Assembly: GCA_964614585.1 (NCBI GenBank)
Contig: CAZTLW010000002.1
Span: 1 to 61,797 of the forward strand
Reading direction: 5' to 3'
Origin: an uncultured Acidimicrobiia bacterium
Lineage (GTDB): Bacteria > Actinomycetota > Acidimicrobiia > Spongiisociales > JAENVV01
Length of the DNA: 61,797 bases
A program made the position numbers and the translations under genes. The notes under the pieces are model-generated. The model saw nothing but the letters and a program-made list of their open reading frames with translations. It did not search any database and was not told the DNA's origin. Of this stretch, positions 52,773 through 61,664 are shown in pieces; the first letter of the stretch is position 1; each line of letters starts with the position of its first letter.

Positions 52773-54145
52773 GCCGTCTCCGGCCAGCTGCCGGCTGGGT
52801 ACTCGACGAGATCGCCCGACGGGTCGGCGACCGGGTCCCAGATCCGCCAGGACTCGGCCACCTCGTCGGAGCGGACGAACAGGGTCTGGTCGCCCTCCAG
52901 CACGTCCGCGACCAGCGTCTCGTAGGCATCGGGCAACGGCTCGAAGGCGTCCCCGTACCGGAACCCGAGGCTCATCCGCTCGAGATCCATGCCGTTGCCG
53001 GGTCGCTTCACCTCGAAGCAGAGATCGAAGCCCTCGTCGGGCTGGAGGGTGATGGTCAGCAGGTTCCCGGTGGGATCACATTGGTCATCCAACTCGTGGA
53101 ACAGGTGGACGGGCGGGCGTTGGAACTGGATGTCGACCGTGCTCGTGCGACTGGGGAGGCGCTTGCCGGTGCGCACCGTGAAGGGCACGCCCTGCCAGCG
53201 CCAGTTGTCGATCCGCACCGTCGCCTCCACGAACGTGGCGGTGGTGCTGTCGTCGGGCACATCGTCCTCGTCGAGGTAGCCGGGCACCGACTCACCGTCG
53301 ATCTCGCCGGCGGTGTAGCGGCCCCAGACGACCCGTTCGACGCCCTCGATGGCCCGCAGCACCTTCACCTTCTCGTCGCGAATCGCGTCGGCGTCGAAGC
53401 GGATCGGCGGCTCCATGGCGATGAGCGACAGCACCTGGGTGAGGTGGTTCTGGATCATGTCGCGCACGACGCCGGCCCGGTCGTAGTAGCGGGCCCGGCC
53501 GGCCACCCCGAGGGGCTCGGCCACGGTGATCGCCACCCGCTCGATCCGATCCCGGTTCCAGGTCGTCTCGAAGATCGGGTTGGCGAACCGGAACGCCAGC
53601 AGGTTGCGGACCGTCTCCTTGCCGAGGAAGTGGTCGATGCGGAACACGCTGGATTCGTCGAAGCACCGGTGCACGACCTCGTCGAGGTGGGCCGCCGACC
53701 CGGCATCGGTGCCGAACGGCTTCTCGATGACGAGGCGGGCCCAGCCGGCGGCGTCGGCCAGCCCGGCGGCGTCGATGCCCTCGATGGCGTCCTCGAAAAG
53801 CTGTGGCGGCAGCGCCAGGTAGAAGACCCGGTTGCCGGGGAGGTCGTGCTCGGCCTCCAACTCGCCGACCCGCTTCGCCAGCGACTGGAGGTCGAAGCCG
53901 TCCCGCCCGATCTGGTGGTAGTGGAGGCGTTCGACCCATCCGTCCAGATCGCCCTCGGCGCCCGCCTCCCGGAGTCGCTCGACGGCCCAGGCGCGATACG
54001 ACGCCTGGTCGTGGTCCCTGGTGCCCACAGCGACGATCGGGCAGCCGTGCTCGGGTGCCACGTGGTGGAGCGCCGGGATGAGCTTGCGCCCGGCCAGGTC
54101 GCCGGTGCCACCGAGGACGACGAAGACGTGGGGATCGGCACTCAC
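52769..54145 (-). CDS. zwf: Glucose-6-phosphate dehydrogenase
   Basis: VVLGGTGDLAGRKL.., ..LVIEKPFG.. and ..FRIDHFLGKETVRN... GTG at 54145 chosen inside the longer ORF. Confidence 0.9.
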   Translation of the reverse strand: MSADPHVFVVLGGTGDLAGRKLIPALHHVAPEHGCPIVAVGTRDHDQASYRAWAVERLREAGAEGDLDGWVERLHYHQIGRDGFDLQSLAKRVGELEAEHDLPGNRVFYLALPPQLFEDAIEGIDAAGLADAAGWARLVIEKPFGTDAGSAAHLDEVVHRCFDESSVFRIDHFLGKETVRNLLAFRFANPIFETTWNRDRIERVAITVAEPLGVAGRARYYDRAGVVRDMIQNHLTQVLSLIAMEPPIRFDADAIRDEKVKVLRAIEGVERVVWGRYTAGEIDGESVPGYLDEDDVPDDSTTATFVEATVRIDNWRWQGVPFTVRTGKRLPSRTSTVDIQFQRPPVHLFHELDDQCDPTGNLLTITLQPDEGFDLCFEVKRPGNGMDLERMSLGFRYGDAFEPLPDAYETLVADVLEGDQTLFVRSDEVAESWRIWDPVADPSGDLVEYPAGSWPETA

Positions 54146-54271
54146 CCCACCGAGGGTAGGGGCGAGCCCGGAGGTCAGGGCGAGGGGGCGAGCCGAGCGG
54201 CACGGCCGGAAACCCGTTTCGCCGCCGTCGTGGCCGGGAACCCTCCCCACGACCACGAAGGAGCCAACTCC

Positions 54272-54490
54272 ATGGTGCCAAGCACCGAATCCCCCATCGC
54301 CGTACCCCGCAACCGGGTACCGCACGTCAAGGCGGCCCTGCTGTTGGCAGGGTTCCTCTCGTTCGTCTTCTCCGTCTACCTGTGGTTCTTCGTCGACAAG
54401 GAGGCCGGCCTGTTCGTGGGCATCTGGGTTCCATCGATGTGGAGCCTCGGCGCCCTCCTGCTGGCGGGCGAGAAGCGAGACTCCGCATGA
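54272..54490 (+). CDS. Small membrane protein (72 aa)
   Basis: Two TM segments (AALLLAGFLSFVFSVYLWFFV, FVGIWVPSMWSLGALLLAG). GAAGGAG RBS 8 nt upstream. Confidence 0.5.
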   Translation: MVPSTESPIAVPRNRVPHVKAALLLAGFLSFVFSVYLWFFVDKEAGLFVGIWVPSMWSLGALLLAGEKRDSA

Positions 54491-54669
54491 GCCAGCAAGA
54501 CCTTCTCATCTTCGCCATCGGCGGCATCGTGATCGCCATGGCGTTCTGGGGCCTCATCGCCTACGGCGTCATGGCCTTCCAGCGCTGGCAGCTCGAGACC
54601 GAGTCCCGCGCCGCCGAGGAACGCCGGCGCGAACAGGTGCTCCCGCTGCCGTCGCTGGCGGACCGGTAG
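54487..54669 (+). CDS. Small membrane protein (60 aa)
   Basis: MSQQDLLIFAIGGIVIAMAFWGLIAYGVMAF.., one TM segment. ATGA-coupled to the preceding ORF. Confidence 0.45.
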   Translation: MSQQDLLIFAIGGIVIAMAFWGLIAYGVMAFQRWQLETESRAAEERRREQVLPLPSLADR

Positions 54670-54674
54670 GCCTC

Positions 54675-55451
54675 CTAGCGGGGTTGCCCCCCGGGCGGCG
54701 ACCACACGTCGGACGCCGGTTCCCCGGGGAACGCCGTCGGCTCGATCGTCGACAGCGGCGTGAAGGTCACAAAGCCATCCCGGACGAGGTCGGTGTCACA
54801 GCCGGGGGCGAACCCCGTGTCGTGATCCCGGGTTCCGAACTCCAGCCGGCCCTCGGGCTCGTTGGCCATCGCCACCCGGATGTGGCCGAACTCGTCCAGG
54901 TCCGCCCAATGTGCCCCTCGTACCTCGTCGAGCGGTCGGGCCGGCACGTTCACGTTGAGGACCAGGTGGTCGTGGCGGCCCGACACCCAGCGGACCGCCG
55001 ACACCGCCACCTCGACCGCCGTGTCCCAGTGCCAGGGGTCCGAGGGGGCGAGGCTGACCGCCAGGCCCCGGGTTCCGAAGGATCGGGCGGTCAACGCCCC
55101 ACCCACGGTGCCCGAGTGGATGATCGAGTGACCGGTGTTGAGTCCGGCGTTGATCCCCGACACGACGAGGTCGGGCGGCTCGCCGAACGCCCCCAACATC
55201 CCCGCCAGCACGGCGAGCCCCGGCGGCCCACCGACGGTCCAGGCGTCGAAGCCGGTCCCTTCGAGCCGCTGCAGGACGACACCGCGGTCGGTGTCGAAGG
55301 GGCCGATGCCGGTACCGGAGCCGCTCATGTCGCCTTGGGGAGCGACGACCGTCAGGTCCACCATCGGGGCGAGCGCCTCCGCCAGGCGGCGGATGCCGGG
55401 GGAATCGATCCCGTCGTCGTTCGTCAGCAGCACCCGGGGATGGTCACTCAT
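54675..55451 (-). CDS. surE: 5'/3'-nucleotidase SurE (copy 2)
   Basis: MSDHPRVLLTNDDGIDSPGI.. and ..SGINAGLNTGHSIIHSGTVGGA... ATGA overlap with the pfkB-like stop. Confidence 0.88.
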   Translation of the reverse strand: MSDHPRVLLTNDDGIDSPGIRRLAEALAPMVDLTVVAPQGDMSGSGTGIGPFDTDRGVVLQRLEGTGFDAWTVGGPPGLAVLAGMLGAFGEPPDLVVSGINAGLNTGHSIIHSGTVGGALTARSFGTRGLAVSLAPSDPWHWDTAVEVAVSAVRWVSGRHDHLVLNVNVPARPLDEVRGAHWADLDEFGHIRVAMANEPEGRLEFGTRDHDTGFAPGCDTDLVRDGFVTFTPLSTIEPTAFPGEPASDVWSPPGGQPR

Positions 55452-56434
55452 GCCGCCTCCACCTCGACGACCTGGACCTCGGGCACGAGCCGTCCGACCA
55501 GCCCGGGAAGCCCGGTGGCGAGCCCATGGCGTGCCACGCTCGTGGCTCCGGCCGCACAGGCCAGGCGCAGGAGGTCGGCGGGGGCCAGCTCTCGCCGCAG
55601 CCCGGCAGCCAGTCCGGCGGTCATGGCGTCGCCGGCACCGCCGGCATCGACGATCGAGAGCGGGAGCGGCTCCGCGATCCAGCGGCGACCGCCGAGATGG
55701 GCGACCGCCCCCGCCTCGGCAAAGGAGATGACGACGCCGCGCGCCCCTCGGCGGACGAGCCCGTCGAGCACGGGCCCGGAACCAGCCATCCCGCCGACCA
55801 GCTGCCCGTTGGTGGCGAGGTCCTCGTGGCTCAGTTTCAGGACGTGGAGGGGACCACCGTCCAGCCAGGCGTCCAGCGCCGGGCCGTGGAGGTCGCCGAC
55901 CGTCGTCACGCCGGCGGCCCCGAGGTCGGCCGCGAGGCGCCGGAAGAAGGCCGGTGGCACCTCGTGGTCGGACCGCAGGCCGGTCACCACGCACAACCGG
56001 GTCTCGAGGGCGGACTCGAGCACCGTGCTGTAGAGGTCGTCGACCTCGTGGCGGTCGAGACGGGGGACCGGGCTGGTCGCCACGGTCCGACGGACGCCGC
56101 TTCGCCGGTCGGCGACGATGCACGGCGTCGGGCCGACCATCGCCGTGGCCCGGATGGGCACCCCCCAGGCGGCGAGGAGCGCGGTGAGGGCCATCCCGGA
56201 CTCGCCACCGATGGGACCACACAGCACCGGCCGCTCGCCGAGTCGCAGCAGCATCCGGGCGATCCAGAACCCCTGGCCACCGGGATGGAGGTGTACGTCG
56301 CCCACGAGGCCGTCGGCATCGTCCCAGGGCTCGACCGTGACGGTGAGCAGCACCGACGGGGCGAAGACGCAGACGGACGGGGCACCCCTGGCTTCGGTGA
56401 GGTCGGTCACGGCTGGTCCTTCCGCCATGCCCAT
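55448..56434 (-). CDS. PfkB-family carbohydrate/nucleoside kinase (1-phosphofructokinase-like)
   Basis: ..HLHPGGQGFWIARML.. and C-terminal ..VDAGGAGDAMTAGL.. (DxxGAGD motif). The start is ATG 56434 or 56428. Confidence 0.8.
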   Translation of the reverse strand: MGMAEGPAVTDLTEARGAPSVCVFAPSVLLTVTVEPWDDADGLVGDVHLHPGGQGFWIARMLLRLGERPVLCGPIGGESGMALTALLAAWGVPIRATAMVGPTPCIVADRRSGVRRTVATSPVPRLDRHEVDDLYSTVLESALETRLCVVTGLRSDHEVPPAFFRRLAADLGAAGVTTVGDLHGPALDAWLDGGPLHVLKLSHEDLATNGQLVGGMAGSGPVLDGLVRRGARGVVISFAEAGAVAHLGGRRWIAEPLPLSIVDAGGAGDAMTAGLAAGLRRELAPADLLRLACAAGATSVARHGLATGLPGLVGRLVPEVQVVEVEAA

Positions 56435-56453
56435 CGTCGCGCCGTGGGCCCGT

Positions 56454-56972
56454 CTAGGGCAAGGAGCCGGGTGGCAGTGTCCCTCCCGGGCACGCCGCCG
56501 CCCTCGGCAGCAGCAGGTAGACGACCGTCCCCTCGGGGATGGCATCGCCCGCCGGCAACGGTCCGTCCTCGTCCAACACCTCGACGATGTCGACCGTGAT
56601 GGCGCCACCCTCCTGGACGTGGGCCGACACCACCTCACCCTCGGGCCCGGGGAGGCACCTGAACAGGGCGCGGGCCGCCAGGTTCTGGTCCCGCAGTTCT
56701 GCGGCCGCCTCGGTCGCCGTCAGGCCCGACACGTCCGGGAGCGCCACCACCGCCGACGGTTCGTCGGTCGTCGGCGTGAGGGTTGCCAGCACCGCGAGTC
56801 CCGCCACGGGGATCGCCCACGCGGGCGACCGACCCCGGCGAGGCGCCAGCCAGGCAACCCCGCCTGCCACGACCACGAGCGCACCGGCGAGCCACAGCAC
56901 CCGGGAACGGTAGGAGCCTGGACACGGGTACGGACTCCGGACGCGGTGTCGATCCCGCCAGATTTCACCCAC
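56454..56972 (-). CDS. Membrane-anchored protein with a PASTA-like extracytoplasmic segment (tentative)
   Basis: TM segments (VLWLAGALVVVAGGVAWL, IPVAGLAVLATL), then ..VALPDVSGLTATEAAAELRDQNL.., which resembles the start of a PASTA domain. The start is uncertain. Confidence 0.4.
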   Translation of the reverse strand: MGEIWRDRHRVRSPYPCPGSYRSRVLWLAGALVVVAGGVAWLAPRRGRSPAWAIPVAGLAVLATLTPTTDEPSAVVALPDVSGLTATEAAAELRDQNLAARALFRCLPGPEGEVVSAHVQEGGAITVDIVEVLDEDGPLPAGDAIPEGTVVYLLLPRAAACPGGTLPPGSLP

Positions 56973-56978
56973 CAGACC

Positions 56979-57007
56979 TTGACACCGCGTTCACAAGCTC
57001 TGACCAT
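56979..57007 (+). promoter_or_regulatory. Candidate promoter TTGACA-N17-GACCAT, placing the TSS at or near GTG 57014 (leaderless)
   Basis: A perfect -35 hexamer at 56979..56984. The -10 candidate at 57002..57007 keeps A2 and T6. There are 6 nt to the in-frame GTG. Confidence 0.3.
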
Positions 57008-57013
57008 GTACCT

Positions 57014-60000
57014 GTGGGCAACATCGGTGGTCTCGTTCGTGACGTCCTCACGCTCCCCGTCGACCTCGCACGTCCGGTCGCCGAGTTGGTCGCCGACGCC
57101 GGCCGGACCGCTGCCGACCAGGTGCTCCACCGCTCTGCCCCGCCCGACGACGCCGTCGACACCACCGGTGCCGATCTTGCCCACCGGCGTCGTCGGGTGT
57201 GGGCAACCGACGAACGCGCCCACCTCGAGCTCCGGGAGGTGGTCGACGACCGGGCCCAGGCCTACCTGGCCGGCCTGAGCGAGGCCCTGTCGGCCATCGA
57301 CGGCGTGGAGTCCGTCCGCCTGCAGGCCGCCATCGGTCGCGCCGTCGTCGAGTTCGACGGCGACGTGCTCGGCACGGGCGACCTCGTCGCCGTCATGGGC
57401 CGGGTCGAACGCGAGCTCGGCCTCACCGACGTCGGCTTCGGCCGCCACCGAGCCCCCCACCCGGGCGACCTCGAGCCGGTCACCGAGGGCGTCGTCGCCA
57501 TCGCCGCCGACGTGGCCGGGCTCGGACTGGCCGGATTCTCCCGGACGCTCCGATTGCCCCGAGCCCCCCTCGAGATCGACGTCGCCGCCCTCCTCACGAT
57601 CGCCTCCTATGTCCCCTGGATCCGGGACTGGGTGGACCGCCGGGTGGACTCCCCCGCCTTCGGCACGGGTCTCGCCGCCTCCCGAGCCCTGAGCTCCGGA
57701 CTGACCCAGAGCATCGGCGGTCCCATGATCGACATCGTTCACCGCGGCTCGCTGGTCGCCGGGGCCCAGGCCCGACGCCGTGCCTGGGAGCGGCTCGAGC
57801 CCGGCCTGGCGGGCTGGCATGGCACCGACACCTCGAGCATCTTGCGGCCCGAGCCCCGCCCGGGGCGGCTCCCCACGGGACCGATCGAACGCTTCGCCGT
57901 CCCCACCACCATCGCCTCGACGGCGGCCGCCGGCATCGGCATGCTGGTGCGGCCCGACCTCGATCGCACCGTCTCGTTCCTCGTGGCCGGCACCCCCAAG
58001 GCGGCGAAGTGGGGACGGGAGGCCTTCGCCGCCCACCTCGGCCTGCACCTCGCCTCCCGCGACCTGCTGGTGCTCGACCCCGACGCACTCGAGCGCCTCG
58101 ACCGCATCGACACGCTCGTCGTCCCCCACGACCTCCTCTTCCGTCGCCTCGGCCGCACCTGGGAGCCGGCGCCACTGGCGCCGGAGTTCATCACCGCCGC
58201 CCGGGCGGCCGACGTGACGGTGTGGGTGGCCGGCGGCGACGACGCCCCGCTCGAACGGCTCGAGGTGCGGGGCTCGGTGCCCGACGGCGCCGGCGCCGCC
58301 GAGGCCGTGCGGCGCATGCAGGCCGACGGCAAGGGCGTGGCGGTCGTAGCGGGTGGCGACCACCCGGCACTCCCGGTCGCCGACGTGGGCCTCTGCCTCC
58401 GGGATCCCGACCGCGGCCTGTCCTGGGGTGCCTCGATCATCGGCGGCGGCGACGGCCTCGTCGACGGCTACCTCCTCATGCTGGCCGTCGACGCCGCCAG
58501 GACCGCCAGCCGCCAGGCCGCCAACGTGGCGATGGCCGGCGCCGGCGTCGCCGGGCTCATGGCCTTCGGCGGGGTCATCCCCGGCAACCTCGAGCGGGTC
58601 ATGGGGGCGGTCAACCTCGCCGCCTTGGTCTCGCACGCCAACGGTGCCCGCATCGCGGTCGACCTCGGGCGCGAACCCCTCCCCGAACCGCAGGACCCCA
58701 CGCCCTTCCACACCCTCGACGCCGCCGAGGTGTTCTCCCTCATCGGTGCCGTGCCGGGCGGCCTCACCCCCGACCTCGTCGAGGCACGCCTCGTCAATCC
58801 GCCGAAGCCCCCGCCCCCGGCACTCGCCCTGGGTCGGGCGATGGCCGAGGAACTCGTCAATCCGCTCACCCCGTTCCTCGCCGCCGGGGCCGGCCTGTCG
58901 GCCGCGGCGGGCTCGGTCTCGGATGCCGTGCTGGTCGGCGGCGTCGTCGGCCTGAACGCCGCCATCGGCGGGATCCAGCGGTACCGGGCCGACCGCGCCA
59001 CGGCCGACTTGCTCGAACGGGAGCAGTCGACCGTCACGGTCATGCGGGCCGGCCAGCCCACCCGCATCCCCGCCGACCTCGTCGTGCCCGGCGACCTCGT
59101 CACGGTGCTGGCCGGTGACGTCGTCCCCGCCGACTGCCGGATCCTCGAGAGCGATGCGCTGGAGGTCGACGAGTCCAGCCTCACCGGCGAGTCACTGCCG
59201 GTTCCCAAGCACTCGGACCCTGCCTCGATCGACACGCCCGTCGCCGAGCGCCATTCGATGCTCTTCGCGGGGACGATCGTCGCCGCCGGGTCCGCCACGG
59301 CCGTGGTCGTGGCCACCGGTCGCCACACCGAGGCGTACCGCGGGCTGTTGTTGGTCCAGGGCGGCGCCTCGTCGACCGGCGTCGAGGCACGGCTCGAGTC
59401 GTTGACGACGATGGTGACACCCGTCTCGGTCCTCGCCGGCCTCGGCGTGCTCGGGTCGGGGCTCGCCCGCAGCCGCCCCATGGTCGACGTACTCTCGAGC
59501 GGCGTCAGCCTCGCGGTCGCCGCCGTCCCCGAGGGCCTCCCCCTGCTGGCCACCGCCGCCCAGCAGGCGTCGGCGCGGCGACTCTCCAAGCGCGGTGTCA
59601 TCGTCCGCAACGTTCGCTCCATCGAGGCCCTGGGCCGGGTCGACGTGCTCTGCGCCGACAAGACCGGCACCCTCACGCTCGGCAAGATCCGGGTGAAGGT
59701 CGTCTCCGACGTCGCCGAGACCGAGAAACCGGCGAAGGTCTCGGGACCCCGCCGTCGGGTGCTCGCCGCCGCTCGGGGCGCCACGCCCGACCAGGAGGGC
59801 GGACGCCGACTTCCCCATCCCACCGACCGCGCGATCCTGTACGCCACCGAGAAGGCCGACCTGCACCGGGTCGACGAGCTCGGCGGGTGGGAACGGCTGG
59901 CCGACCTCCCCTTCGAGCCCCGTCGCGGGTACCACGCCACCCTGGGTCGTACCGGCGACGAGCGCCACGTCTTCGTGAAGGGCGCTCCCGAGGTGCTGCT

Positions 60001-61258
60001 CGGGCGCTGCCGGTACCGGCTCTCGAAGGACGGGCGCCGCATCCGGGCGACGACGGCGCGCCGGGACGAGTGGCAGGCGAAGGTCACCGAGCTGGCGGGC
60101 CAAGGCCTGCGAGTGCTGGTCGTGGCCGAGCGGCCACTCGAGTCCGGGGCCGGCTTCGACGACCACTCCATCGACGACCTCACGTTCCTCGGCCTGCTCG
60201 GGCTCAAGGACCCCGTGCGCTCCACGTCCGCCGAGGCGCTCGACGATCTCGCCCGGGCCGGCGTGCGCACCATCATGATCACCGGTGACCACCCCGTCAC
60301 CGCGGCCGGCATCGCCGCCGAGCTCGGCCTCTCGACCGAGGGCGTCCTCACCGGCACCGACATCGACCACCTGACCGACGCCGAGCTGGGCCACCGGCTC
60401 GGCGAGGTGGACGTCTGCGCTCGGGTCACCCCGGCCCACAAGGTGCGCATCGTCCGCGCCCTCCAACAACGCGACCTCGTCGTGGCCATGACCGGGGACG
60501 GGGCCAACGACGCCCCGGCCATCCGGCTCGCCGACGTCGGCGTCGCCCTCGGCACCCGGGCCACCGACGCCGCCCGGGACGCCTCGGACCTCGTCGTCAC
60601 GGACGACCGGATCGAGACGATCGTGGCGGCGGTGGTCGAGGGACGGGCCCTGTGGGCGTCGGTGCGCGATGCCACCGCGATCCTCGTGGGCGGCAACCTG
60701 GGCGAGATCACCTTCACGCTCGCCGGGAGCCTGCTCACGGGCACCGCCCCGATCAACACCCGCCAGCTCCTGTTGGTCAACCTCATGACCGACGTCCTGC
60801 CCGCCATGGCCATCGCCGTGTCGCCACCGGTCGACACCACGCCCGAGGACCTCCTCACCGAGGGGCCCGACGCCTCGCTCGGGGCGTCGCTCAACCGGGC
60901 GATCGCCCACCGCGCCGCCGTCACCACGGTCGGCACCACCGCCGGCTGGTTGTCGGCCCGGCTCACCGGCCGGGCGAAACGGGCGAGCACCGTGGCACTG
61001 GCCTCGCTCGTCGGCACCGAGCTCGGTCAGACGCTCACCATGGGATGGAGGAGCCCGCTGGTGCTCGCCTCGAGTCTGGGGTCCATGGGCGCCCTCGTCG
61101 GGATCATCCAGACGCCCGGCCTGAGCCAGATGTTCGGCTGCACGCCGCTCGGCCCCCTCGCCTGGAGCCAGGCCCTCTCCAGCGCCGGACTGGCCACCGT
61201 CGGCGGCGAGGTGGTGCCCGAGGCGATCCGCCGGGTCTCCTCGGCTATCCACCGGTAG
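57014..61258 (+). CDS. Giant cation-transporting P-type ATPase: degenerate N-terminal ATPase-like module + canonical P2-type ATPase (CtpH/CtpI-like)
   Basis: The C-terminal ~850 aa carry TGES, CADKTGTLT, MITGDH and MTGDGANDAPAIRLADVG. The N-terminal ~560 aa has an HMA-like fold without CxxC and relic motifs (DTLVVPHDLL, VVAGGDHPALPVADVG). The start is inferred. Confidence 0.85.
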   Translation: MGNIGGLVRDVLTLPVDLARPVAELVADAGRTAADQVLHRSAPPDDAVDTTGADLAHRRRRVWATDERAHLELREVVDDRAQAYLAGLSEALSAIDGVESVRLQAAIGRAVVEFDGDVLGTGDLVAVMGRVERELGLTDVGFGRHRAPHPGDLEPVTEGVVAIAADVAGLGLAGFSRTLRLPRAPLEIDVAALLTIASYVPWIRDWVDRRVDSPAFGTGLAASRALSSGLTQSIGGPMIDIVHRGSLVAGAQARRRAWERLEPGLAGWHGTDTSSILRPEPRPGRLPTGPIERFAVPTTIASTAAAGIGMLVRPDLDRTVSFLVAGTPKAAKWGREAFAAHLGLHLASRDLLVLDPDALERLDRIDTLVVPHDLLFRRLGRTWEPAPLAPEFITAARAADVTVWVAGGDDAPLERLEVRGSVPDGAGAAEAVRRMQADGKGVAVVAGGDHPALPVADVGLCLRDPDRGLSWGASIIGGGDGLVDGYLLMLAVDAARTASRQAANVAMAGAGVAGLMAFGGVIPGNLERVMGAVNLAALVSHANGARIAVDLGREPLPEPQDPTPFHTLDAAEVFSLIGAVPGGLTPDLVEARLVNPPKPPPPALALGRAMAEELVNPLTPFLAAGAGLSAAAGSVSDAVLVGGVVGLNAAIGGIQRYRADRATADLLEREQSTVTVMRAGQPTRIPADLVVPGDLVTVLAGDVVPADCRILESDALEVDESSLTGESLPVPKHSDPASIDTPVAERHSMLFAGTIVAAGSATAVVVATGRHTEAYRGLLLVQGGASSTGVEARLESLTTMVTPVSVLAGLGVLGSGLARSRPMVDVLSSGVSLAVAAVPEGLPLLATAAQQASARRLSKRGVIVRNVRSIEALGRVDVLCADKTGTLTLGKIRVKVVSDVAETEKPAKVSGPRRRVLAAARGATPDQEGGRRLPHPTDRAILYATEKADLHRVDELGGWERLADLPFEPRRGYHATLGRTGDERHVFVKGAPEVLLGRCRYRLSKDGRRIRATTARRDEWQAKVTELAGQGLRVLVVAERPLESGAGFDDHSIDDLTFLGLLGLKDPVRSTSAEALDDLARAGVRTIMITGDHPVTAAGIAAELGLSTEGVLTGTDIDHLTDAELGHRLGEVDVCARVTPAHKVRIVRALQQRDLVVAMTGDGANDAPAIRLADVGVALGTRATDAARDASDLVVTDDRIETIVAAVVEGRALWASVRDATAILVGGNLGEITFTLAGSLLTGTAPINTRQLLLVNLMTDVLPAMAIAVSPPVDTTPEDLLTEGPDASLGASLNRAIAHRAAVTTVGTTAGWLSARLTGRAKRASTVALASLVGTELGQTLTMGWRSPLVLASSLGSMGALVGIIQTPGLSQMFGCTPLGPLAWSQALSSAGLATVGGEVVPEAIRRVSSAIHR

Positions 61259-61264
61259 GAGCCG

Positions 61265-61660
61265 ATGGCCGACGTCCTCATCCTCGCCGTGCTCGTCGGC
61301 CTGCCCGTGGCCCTGGTCGTGGTCCTGGCCCGATCGGCTCGGACCGGCTCCCTCCGCTGGTATCGGCTGGCCGCGGCGGCGGCCGTGGGGCTGGCGCCGG
61401 TCGGCGGGCTCCTGACACTCCTGTCGGTGGTCGCCTACGAGTCCGGCCCCGGACGCACCACGTGGATCGAACCGCTCGGCTGGGCGACCTCGCTCCTCGT
61501 CCAGGTGGTGGCGCTGGTGATCGCGGTGGTCGGCGTCGTCCGGAGCCTTCGGTCGGAGTCGGGCACGGGAGGTTGGCGGCTGATCGCCACGGGCGTGGCC
61601 GTCGGGACCACGGCCGTGGTGGGCCTCGTGGTCCTCACGGCCTGGGACACCGCCGGCTGA
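61265..61660 (+). CDS. Membrane protein (131 aa, 4 TM), hypothetical
   Basis: Hydrophobic segments throughout. The ATG lies 7 nt after the ATPase stop. Confidence 0.55.
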   Translation: MADVLILAVLVGLPVALVVVLARSARTGSLRWYRLAAAAAVGLAPVGGLLTLLSVVAYESGPGRTTWIEPLGWATSLLVQVVALVIAVVGVVRSLRSESGTGGWRLIATGVAVGTTAVVGLVVLTAWDTAG

Positions 61661-61664
61661 GCGG

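Noticed and set aside
52546-52929. 127-aa minus-strand ORF spanning the SRPBCC 3' end and the zwf 3' end
   Set aside because: It is out of frame with zwf and overlaps both convergent genes. Its composition is Arg/Pro/Gly-rich. Only the short ATGA-coupled 36-aa hydrophobic ORF (a different frame) was kept, as a low-confidence feature.
58468-61252. 849-aa and 686-aa minus-strand ORFs (58468..61017 and 59192..61252), plus 56720..58711 and 57199..59118, all overlapping the P-type ATPase gene
   Set aside because: The plus-strand frame contains every P-type ATPase signature. The competing frames are Arg/Pro/Ser/Gly-rich shadow ORFs.
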